Source: a virus. Taken from it: a stretch of 64,000 nucleotides of DNA. Positions 57,301 through 64,000 of the stretch are shown piece by piece; the first letter of the stretch is position 1, and every line of letters starts with the position of its first letter. Below the pieces are notes generated by a model that saw nothing but the letters and a program-made list of their open reading frames with translations, was not told the origin of the DNA and ran no database searches. The stretch lies in the IMG/VR virus record IMGVR_UViG_3300028920_000038, positions 32,001-96,000 of that record, one strand, 5' to 3'. A program made the translations under genes and the position numbers.

Positions 57301-58554
57301 TCCATCCCAATCTTTATCTATATCTATAGATAAATCGCTTAAATTGGAAGCTCCACCTTCTGCTGCTTCTGTTAGAGATTTCCATTCACCTCCTGTACCT
57401 GATTTGTAGTATAAATCAGATGAGGATAAGCTTCCAGAGAACCAGATAACACCACCAACATTCGGTGGTTGATTACTAGATGGCATTATTCTAAAATATG
57501 AATAGTAAGGGCTAAAATCAAGTTTAGTAGATCCTTCTAACCATACTCTAAAATTGGAGTCCGTATTAGCTGGAATATCAAATCCTGCAATTCCATAACT
57601 AGTACCAGAACCATAAAGTCTTATCATTGGATATGTATTATTTTCACTTGCTATTATTTGTAAATTTCCAGATACATTAGATCCATATATTTTAGAAAGA
57701 GAAAGAGATTTAGCAAATTTAAACATCTGCGTGCCCTGTTCTCTAAAAAAGATGTCCGCTTCAGAATCTAAAATAAGATTAGTATTAGCAGTATCGGTAT
57801 TAATTATAGACTCTCCACCAACTAGCTTAAACTCAAACATTGGACTTGCTTGCTCATAAAAATTAATATTCTGATATGCAGCTAAAGTAATATCCCCCTG
57901 GCCATAAACACCAAGATATCCATTTGCGGCAGCATTAGTATTTGCTTGTATGACAACATCATGATTTGCATCAGTGCCTCCTTTAATATAGCTCTTATCA
58001 CTTCCATCCCATTCAAACTTAAACATCTGCGTATTCTGTTCTTTGAAGAGTATATCCGCATAGCTAGTTACAGTAATATTTTCTTGTCCTTCAATAAAGA
58101 TATTTCCATTTAATTGAGAATTACTATTAGCAGCTAACATTAAATTCATTGTTGCACTAGTACCACCATACATAATTTTATTACTTCCAGCAGATGTGAA
58201 TGTGAATATACGATTATCCTTTAATCTGAAATAAATATCTCCATAGGTATCTAGGTATATATTTCCACTACCTTCCAATATCATTCTACTATAAGGAGAT
58301 AATGAGTTCGCCATAATATGTATATCTTCTCTATAACTATCTGCTCCGTAAAGAATTGATTTAGTTCCTGCATCATATTCAAATTTAAAAAATTGGTTGC
58401 CATCATCTTCAAAGTAAATATCATCAGAAGTATTAAAATGTTTCCAGCGAGCAGACTCACTCGGATTATGACAAATTGCACCTGACATAGTATTCCAATT
58501 GGTATAGGTGATAGTATCACCACTAGCCATCGTATCGAACCAATTTGTAGCCAT
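54328..58554 (-). CDS. Long repetitive tail fibre (1408 aa)
   Basis: About 16 degenerate ~60-aa repeats starting DIYF.E..TQMFKF. Confidence 0.75.
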   Translation of the reverse strand: MATNWFDTMASGDTITYTNWNTMSGAICHNPSESARWKHFNTSDDIYFEDDGNQFFKFEYDAGTKSILYGADSYREDIHIMANSLSPYSRMILEGSGNIYLDTYGDIYFRLKDNRIFTFTSAGSNKIMYGGTSATMNLMLAANSNSQLNGNIFIEGQENITVTSYADILFKEQNTQMFKFEWDGSDKSYIKGGTDANHDVVIQANTNAAANGYLGVYGQGDITLAAYQNINFYEQASPMFEFKLVGGESIINTDTANTNLILDSEADIFFREQGTQMFKFAKSLSLSKIYGSNVSGNLQIIASENNTYPMIRLYGSGTSYGIAGFDIPANTDSNFRVWLEGSTKLDFSPYYSYFRIMPSSNQPPNVGGVIWFSGSLSSSDLYYKSGTGGEWKSLTEAAEGGASNLSDLSIDIDKDWDGHGITNIPYISSDSDLILGSNNDIYFTDKGTQSFKFVYGTNQSYLYGGSTNENDLIIQANSVDSYPMIWMIGDGDATVPGNIYISASGNSKVVFGNQGHNSARVYTDNNYSDVHLDGAATNGARFNWKAHEDYSYPYIDMVGSSNINIDSYADIYFKEQGTQMFRFNYTAGNSYIRGPDPTGGDLYIYANDTDKRAGLFLYGSGNVEMGCADGSVIQFLNNTTQMFKFNKQGGNNYIEGGSAGNLNIQGTDDKLWPLITLYDSSHIDINASGNVYIKSKDTQIAKFYLSGSDNSVIEGRSNSTGDLYIHANSTDMIPWLRMFGGGSVEINYGTGNDFRIDENGVQAFKFYSGSSIGSILEGGAGTGEKLRINANSTDTWPRIHMVGNSYINLQGVAGNPDIYMSDGSNVMFLFDRVGTYSYIYGTNKSASGMRIKPNYGVDNGPKGKCQLELLGSGNAVLTIPSSQQFRIYDNHDTLFRMSSNMVYIKPGGSEPSKIAGNLWMSGSTTNCDIYLCSANSGDWISLTASGAGSGGGGSLDHIREDTEIDGWDSDEFTNSGIMWNGSAWVAMPSGGSGGGVSTLSALSIDDHKDWNSKGIHNASYISGVNIRGSYLKTTEKVEHVGDSDTYLALKSDQANLVAGGVSGIAIQADGDTVIGTTENIYFKSGSTQMFKFTIDDPISKFYGNTNASADLWIYARDGANYPRIEMNIGDASYLKIQDATSFKIFNEAAQIAKFYLNGADSFIQGGADTSDDLEIKANSDDDYPYITLNGSGSIVASYGPNDGGFFRIRNKTDTQFTFSGTSTIAKLYGPDEAGNDLRIYANTATDFPHIRLKGDEEIELRTKNDIKFYEEDTQSFKFQYNAGANQSVIMGDSSTGSELWLYGDTLDSYPYINIIGSGSVSINTGGYGNIYLSGNTKISGSIINSMATSSQISGMQVLTNLYSSKPTATNHKGEIIRVSGGTDEKTWIFMSVKNDANSWEWIQLGLST

Positions 58555-58573
58555 ATTTATCTATTTCCTATAA

Positions 58574-59458
58574 TTATAAATTAGAAGATCCCGAGACGAA
58601 TCCCTCTATTTTTACATTCAAAAAACCTGAAGGACCCTCGAAAGGAGAGTCGGTAATACTTTTAACATATATTAAACATTCTTTACGCATATTTTTAAGA
58701 TTTGAACCGTGTTCTGAATTTGGAACTATTCTTAGAGTGTTTTCTCCACTCCAAGTTTGATCGTAATAGGTAGGTCTTCCTAATATTTTAAAGAGTTCAC
58801 CAGCAGCTCCTGGTGTTATATTATTTTTTAAAGTTTGTAAATCGGATTTATTCATGAAGGTTTCTAATACAATAGAATAATTTTCTTGAGTCCATCGAGT
58901 GCAGAAACAGTCAATAAAATTACCCAAGGATAAACTAGAATAATATATTGCAATATCTTTTGAATGAAGAAAGTAGTTATATTGAGCATAGAAGAAATGT
59001 CCATAGTTATAAATATCATAATTAGTTTGACTATCCAAAGTTGGGTATTTGGAAGCAAAATCTCCACTATCGTTATCAGAGTAATCTTTACTATTATCGT
59101 ACCAGACCTTACCACCACCAGTAGTCCAGTAAATAAATTTACCGTTTTCATCACTCCAAATGGCTATAATATATGTTGTACCAGCAGTAATAGATGATGG
59201 CCCAAAGTTGGCAGTATTCCATGTATCATCAGTACCAGCTCCATCAATTTCACTTGTCTGAGCTACAATTTCTCTTGTACTAGACACATATACTGCTCCC
59301 CTAACTTTTTCTCCTGGATCCCAATCTGAATCTCCTCTAACGTACATTTTATCTAATGTACCTGTATATTTAGCAGTATCATAATGATATATTATAGTAT
59401 CTGTATAATTAAAAGAATCACCAGAACTACCAGATCGTCCAATTAAGTCAGTTGACAT
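58574..59458 (-). CDS. Tail protein: variable N-terminal domain plus shared module
   Basis: C-terminal IDC.CTRW...TPGA.GEL.KILGRPTYYDQTW...KIEGFVSG. Confidence 0.7.
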   Translation of the reverse strand: MSTDLIGRSGSSGDSFNYTDTIIYHYDTAKYTGTLDKMYVRGDSDWDPGEKVRGAVYVSSTREIVAQTSEIDGAGTDDTWNTANFGPSSITAGTTYIIAIWSDENGKFIYWTTGGGKVWYDNSKDYSDNDSGDFASKYPTLDSQTNYDIYNYGHFFYAQYNYFLHSKDIAIYYSSLSLGNFIDCFCTRWTQENYSIVLETFMNKSDLQTLKNNITPGAAGELFKILGRPTYYDQTWSGENTLRIVPNSEHGSNLKNMRKECLIYVKSITDSPFEGPSGFLNVKIEGFVSGSSNL

Positions 59459-60684
59459 TATGTATCCAACCTAGTTCCTTCAATCTTTATATGGAACTTT
59501 TCCCAATTAATAAAATCGTCGCTTATATTTTTTACAGCTATTATACGTTTTTCTCTGAGAGATGATAATCCATAACCTGAAATTGGTTCTAAAATTAATG
59601 TATTTCCAGAAGAATATGTCGAATCTATAAAGGTGGGTTTGCCTAATATTTTATATAATTCACGGACTGCTCCAGGAGTTACATTTTTAAATAATGTATT
59701 TCTAGCTCCTGAAGATAGAAAAGTTTCTACTATAACATTATAATTATCCTCATCCCATCTTGTAGCCCAGCAATCTATATAATTAGCGGGATATTGATTG
59801 CAGGAGTAATGGATTCTAAGAGAGTTTCCTTCTTTGTATGTATATCCAGCGGAAGTACCGAAGGTAATAGTAGAATCAAACCAATCTTCACCTCCACCTA
59901 AGTTATTAGAAGATATATACACCCTATAACAATATGAGGTATTTGGATTTAAATCAGTTAATTGTTGAGTAAGATATTCTCCACTAGTTACAATTTCTTC
60001 ATATTGACTACTATAACGCCATTCACTTGGGTCAGTGCCTCCTCCAGTGCTTCCTGTTTCATAATAGAATTTTACATTACCTGGACCTCCTGTACATTTT
60101 GCTGATAAAGTGACAATTGATACTCCAGATGCAACACACCCACTAACATTTGTTATTGTAGCTGTAGGGTTTTCTAAATATGAAGCATACATTTGTATTA
60201 ATTTTTCTGAACCAATCTGAGTAAAGTCTGGATCTAAGGTAGGTAAATATAGAGAAAAATCTCCACTACTACTAGCATAAAAATTCCTACCTGAATCCCA
60301 CCAATAATATTTTCCAGCTACAGTCTCTATACCAAGGGTTTTAATACTATCATCACCCCAAATTGCAACAATATATGTCTCATTAGCAGATATAGAAGAT
60401 GGACCGAATTGACCAGAAACCCATTCAATATTTCCTCCAGATGGTCCACTAAATGGATCTGTTTGAGCAATTAACTCTCTATTAGATGATAAATATACTG
60501 CAGCTCTAGCAAATTCAGTATGGTCCCATCTTTGTGTTTCAGTTGCCCCACTATAAACTCTAAGGAAAAATTGGTCTAATATTCCCGCTGAATTACTAGA
60601 ACCATATATATACTTTATTTGATTACTAAGTGCAGTAAAGGTACTGCCTGCATTAGAACTAAATCCTATTTCATTATATGTCAT
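59458..60684 (-). CDS. Tail protein: N-terminal domain, FN3-like domain and shared module
   Basis: LTDLNPNTSYCYR FN3-like motif; C-terminal shared module. Confidence 0.7.
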   Translation of the reverse strand: MTYNEIGFSSNAGSTFTALSNQIKYIYGSSNSAGILDQFFLRVYSGATETQRWDHTEFARAAVYLSSNRELIAQTDPFSGPSGGNIEWVSGQFGPSSISANETYIVAIWGDDSIKTLGIETVAGKYYWWDSGRNFYASSSGDFSLYLPTLDPDFTQIGSEKLIQMYASYLENPTATITNVSGCVASGVSIVTLSAKCTGGPGNVKFYYETGSTGGGTDPSEWRYSSQYEEIVTSGEYLTQQLTDLNPNTSYCYRVYISSNNLGGGEDWFDSTITFGTSAGYTYKEGNSLRIHYSCNQYPANYIDCWATRWDEDNYNVIVETFLSSGARNTLFKNVTPGAVRELYKILGKPTFIDSTYSSGNTLILEPISGYGLSSLREKRIIAVKNISDDFINWEKFHIKIEGTRLDT

Positions 60685-63600
60685 TATCCTATCTCCTGTT
60701 TATGTTCTAATTCTGCAACTTTTCTAGCAATATCATAAGGTTGTTTACCATAATTAATTGTAGTTGTAAATCCATTTTGGTCTATTCTTTGAGTATATGA
60801 TACTACATCCCATATCTCATTGATTCCAAAATTAGTTAAATTAGAAGAAAATCTATAATATGTATCGATGTCTGTAATTCCTTCAATAGTAACTGAACCT
60901 TTTTTAGGAATTGTTTCCATTCCAGATACTTCCAATTCAGCTCTTGCTTGAGCCTGTTCAAATGTTGTATAGCTAGAATCGGATATTTTCTTAAAATGTT
61001 TTCCATATTTATTTATACTCGTTTGATTAGAGGCTCTATAAGATATTTCTCCTTGTCTCCATCCAAGTTGAAATGACATATTTCCATCAGGGATTGTATC
61101 TGGATTTGTAGCATTCGTGCTCCAATTTATTCCATTATCCCAGGAGTAAGCTATTTTTCCATTATAAGGTGAAGAAACATCATAATGGTAAGCCCAATAA
61201 TCATCAGTTGTATAAACTCCTATTTTCCTAATAAAAACTTGTTCATCCTCATAATCAGTTGGTTCAAATCTTAACCAAAAATCTGACGTATAATAAGAAG
61301 ATGGTATTTTATAAGAAAATTGTTGTTCAGGTGCTGAAGGATTGGCTGTAGCTAACTCTACCCAAGAACTACTTGATGTCTTTCTTATTTTGCAAGTAAT
61401 TGGATTTCCAGTAACATCTCCATCAGTACCACAAACTTCGAATTCTACATATGATACATTAACTGAGTCAAGATCTATATTTTTCCATATATGACTATTA
61501 GGCCATATACTAATTGGTTTAGGAGATCCTCCATAAGCAGTATAAGTAGTTACAGTACCTGCTTGTTCCCAATCATCCTTATCAGTAGTTGGTCCATATT
61601 CATAGGAAAAACCTGAATCATATTCAGGTGAAGTAAATATCATCCACCATGTATTATTCTCTAATTCATCTGGAGCTAATTTTGGTTCAGAATATGTCTT
61701 CCATGAAGAATAGCTCGGAGGATAAGGAACATCTCCAGGAGACCAAGAAATATCATCAGACCATTCTACTCTAGTTCCAGATTTCGGTACTCCTCCTCCA
61801 ATAACCTTTTGAGCGTATAGTTGAGTTCTTCCTATAGAAGGTGAATTGGTTATAGGATAAGGAGCCCATTTAACTTTATTACAAACTCCACTAGTTTGGA
61901 AGCAATACATAAGAACTGCATTTTTACCGTCATCAACATCGGTAACAGAATTAGCACTCATATGAGTCCATGAAGATCCACTATTTAAAGAACCAGAATA
62001 TGATATATATTGATTATAAGTTACATTTGTCGGTTTAACTTCTAAAAAACTCATGTCCATATTATTAGCAACAGTATAATTATTTGTCTTAAAACATTTT
62101 CTTAATCCACTATAATGAGAACCACTTCCTATTACTCTGGCAAGTATTCCATAACTCCAAAGGTTAGCACCTTCGTATCCACTAAATTGTCTCATTTGTA
62201 CTTTTATTTTTCTTATTCCACTATATATCCAATCATCATCAAATAAAATTTCAGCCCATTCATCTGGTTCAGTTTCTAAATCTATTGCTCCATCAAATAC
62301 ATGAATCCAATCACTCCATGTTGTAGATATATATATGTCTCTCATCTCAACATCAGAATGAGATTGTGCGTTAGCCTTTGCGTATATACCATCACACAAC
62401 ATTGGAGCATCAAATTCATATATATCTGTTATTGTTCTATTATTTCCACCACCATAATCCTGAGCATAAGTAAGTAAACTTCCATCTATCAAAGCACCTT
62501 CAATACTACCTGGATCTCCATTCCAATGTTTGTATCCATCATATATAGTATACTCACATCCAATTGGATTCTTTGTCCCGCTATAATATTCGTGCCTACT
62601 AGTAGATATGTATATAGCTCCATTATATATCTTAGCTCCAGTGGCTTGTGAGGATAAAAATGAATTGTCGTTGAAATTATCATCAAAAATCTCGTCTTCA
62701 AATCCTCCAGAATCGTCAGAAATCATTAAACTTGCACTACCGATCCTTGGTGTAAAGTGTCCATTAGAGGATAATTTATAGTATACAATACATCCATCAG
62801 ATGATTCACTACCAAAGTCAACCCATTCTCCATCTTTTAATGTAAGTCGAGAACTACCACCATCATTAGTACCAGAGATAAATATATGATTTGATGAAAC
62901 GACTCCAGTTAGGTCCAATTTCATATATCTACAATCATTAGGATATGAAATACTAGAAATATACCCAATAGTTTCATAGTTGCTCCAAGAATAATACAGA
63001 TGTCCATCTATATTATATTCCCAACCATGATAACTAAAATGAAAACCACTACCCCAAGATGATCCCTTTCCATGATACAATTTTCCTGGTATAATGTCTT
63101 GCGTATATGTAGTTTTCAAATAAACTCTAGCTTCTTCTGCACCATAAGGTCCATCGTTACCTTTAATTAAAAATGCATATGTCTCACCACTAATCATTCT
63201 AATATAACTATCACTAACATCCACTAATACAAGTCCATCCTGCGATGGTATAGTAGTAGACCATAGTATATTCTCATCTTCTAATGCTCCTTTTCTTAAT
63301 TCCAATAGATATTCCCAACACCACATATGATCCCATAAACCAAAACCTAATAAACTAAAAAATCCATTATTTGAAGGTATAAAAGTTTGTGCGAAATATT
63401 CATTGTGAGTTTGAACTTCTGCATTATATGGAGTATGTTCTGCAACATAATAATAATTGCTATCATCAGATGTGGCTAAATTTAAATCACTATTTCTAAC
63501 ACATATATTAGAAGAATAACTAAATAAATCTAAATTGTTAAAATCGTCCTCAAACAATTTCAATTCTGTATTTTCCCATATTTCAAATTCAAGAGTTCCA

Positions 63601-64000
63601 GGAGCATCTGGATCTGTACTTCTATCTAAATATAACTTAATAGCAGATAGTCTTGGATCTTCTCCATCAAATCTTTGAGCTACAAGAACTCCATTTGGAA
63701 AAGGTTTTGATTGTGGATGATTTGGAGATACTATAGTCTTTGCAGAATAATCTGTACCTCCTATAACTAAACAATCATTAATTAAGTCTTCATCTGCTTC
63801 TTCTATAGGTTCCATATTTATAATATCATCTTCTGTTATAGAAAATTTATATGTACCGGAATGATAATAATATCTTAAATTATCTTCATTATCTACATAA
63901 AAACTAAAACCATCTATATCAGATAATCTACTTATAGCATCTCCTACTTGGATATTTGTTAAATTAATTTCACTAGTTAATGATATTCCTTTAGAAGTAT
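60684..64000 (-). CDS. Tail hub/tip protein with large insertion, 5'-truncated by the window edge
   Basis: The frame stays open upstream of ATG 63815 to the window end (DAISRLSDIDGFSFYVDNEDNLRYY); C-terminal SINKYG...AQARA...VVSYTQRIDQNGFTTTI is hub-like. Confidence 0.7.
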   Translation of the reverse strand, partial: TSKGISLTSEINLTNIQVGDAISRLSDIDGFSFYVDNEDNLRYYYHSGTYKFSITEDDIINMEPIEEADEDLINDCLVIGGTDYSAKTIVSPNHPQSKPFPNGVLVAQRFDGEDPRLSAIKLYLDRSTDPDAPGTLEFEIWENTELKLFEDDFNNLDLFSYSSNICVRNSDLNLATSDDSNYYYVAEHTPYNAEVQTHNEYFAQTFIPSNNGFFSLLGFGLWDHMWCWEYLLELRKGALEDENILWSTTIPSQDGLVLVDVSDSYIRMISGETYAFLIKGNDGPYGAEEARVYLKTTYTQDIIPGKLYHGKGSSWGSGFHFSYHGWEYNIDGHLYYSWSNYETIGYISSISYPNDCRYMKLDLTGVVSSNHIFISGTNDGGSSRLTLKDGEWVDFGSESSDGCIVYYKLSSNGHFTPRIGSASLMISDDSGGFEDEIFDDNFNDNSFLSSQATGAKIYNGAIYISTSRHEYYSGTKNPIGCEYTIYDGYKHWNGDPGSIEGALIDGSLLTYAQDYGGGNNRTITDIYEFDAPMLCDGIYAKANAQSHSDVEMRDIYISTTWSDWIHVFDGAIDLETEPDEWAEILFDDDWIYSGIRKIKVQMRQFSGYEGANLWSYGILARVIGSGSHYSGLRKCFKTNNYTVANNMDMSFLEVKPTNVTYNQYISYSGSLNSGSSWTHMSANSVTDVDDGKNAVLMYCFQTSGVCNKVKWAPYPITNSPSIGRTQLYAQKVIGGGVPKSGTRVEWSDDISWSPGDVPYPPSYSSWKTYSEPKLAPDELENNTWWMIFTSPEYDSGFSYEYGPTTDKDDWEQAGTVTTYTAYGGSPKPISIWPNSHIWKNIDLDSVNVSYVEFEVCGTDGDVTGNPITCKIRKTSSSSWVELATANPSAPEQQFSYKIPSSYYTSDFWLRFEPTDYEDEQVFIRKIGVYTTDDYWAYHYDVSSPYNGKIAYSWDNGINWSTNATNPDTIPDGNMSFQLGWRQGEISYRASNQTSINKYGKHFKKISDSSYTTFEQAQARAELEVSGMETIPKKGSVTIEGITDIDTYYRFSSNLTNFGINEIWDVVSYTQRIDQNGFTTTINYGKQPYDIARKVAELEHKQEIG

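Noticed and set aside
54328-58554. Enrichment of N-glycosylation sequons in the fibre
   Set aside because: About 20 N-x-S/T sites is roughly what the high Asn/Ser/Thr content predicts by rough estimate.
52310-60684. Diversity-generating retroelement TR/VR pair among the repeated tail modules
   Set aside because: Differences are ordinary synonymous and amino-acid divergence rather than adenine-specific, and no reverse transcriptase is in the window.
176-62701. Short antisense or overlapping ORFs in the track (e.g. 176..490, 7333..7899, 16665..17030, 17314..18170, 30133..31134, 55728..55934, 58864..59197)
   Set aside because: They overlap well-supported genes on the other strand or frame and lack RBSs and motifs; typical shadow ORFs.
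1-64000. CRISPR array, tRNA or rRNA genes
   Set aside because: No regularly spaced direct repeats or cloverleaf/T-loop signatures were seen by eye; tRNAscan and CRISPR finders were not run.
1-64000. Alternative genetic code or inteins
   Set aside because: TAA, TAG and TGA all terminate coupled genes and conserved enzymes are full length; PolB, NrdJ and RadA show no intein-sized insertions.

Overview
AT-rich 64-kb segment of a large tailed (Caudoviricetes-like) virus genome. The host is very probably an archaeon, based on RadA, an XPF/ERCC4 nuclease, an AEP primase with a PriL-like C-terminus, family-B polymerase, a possible TFB-like cyclin repeat, BRE/TATA promoters, GGTGA/GGAGG RBSs and a lipobox protein. 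Bases 1-52194 are almost all on the + strand. 1-6 kb: small early/host-takeover and repair genes. 6-19 kb: recombination and replication. 19-32 kb: accessory, surface-protease and nucleotide-metabolism genes. 32.7-52.2 kb: a ~20-kb glycan biosynthesis and decoration island ending in a compact phosphonate pathway (CyTase-PepM fusion, split phosphonopyruvate decarboxylase, Fe-ADH), predicted to make CMP-2-hydroxyethylphosphonate. From 52310 to the window end, tail and tail-fibre genes lie on the - strand and converge on the island. Main highlights: the virus-encoded phosphonoglycan pathway; a family of small proteins sharing a C-terminal KDEIxxExL tag; a PolB with a rewired dNTP-binding site; a SWIM-RadA fusion; repeated ATA/ATT start codons; a 44-bp element repeated in inverted orientation 41 kb apart; a perfect dif-like 12-6-12 palindrome; and a viral encapsulin-type ferritin plus FeoA. 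All calls come from motif recognition by eye; no database searches were run. No tRNA, rRNA, CRISPR array, integrase, reverse transcriptase or capsid/terminase gene was seen.
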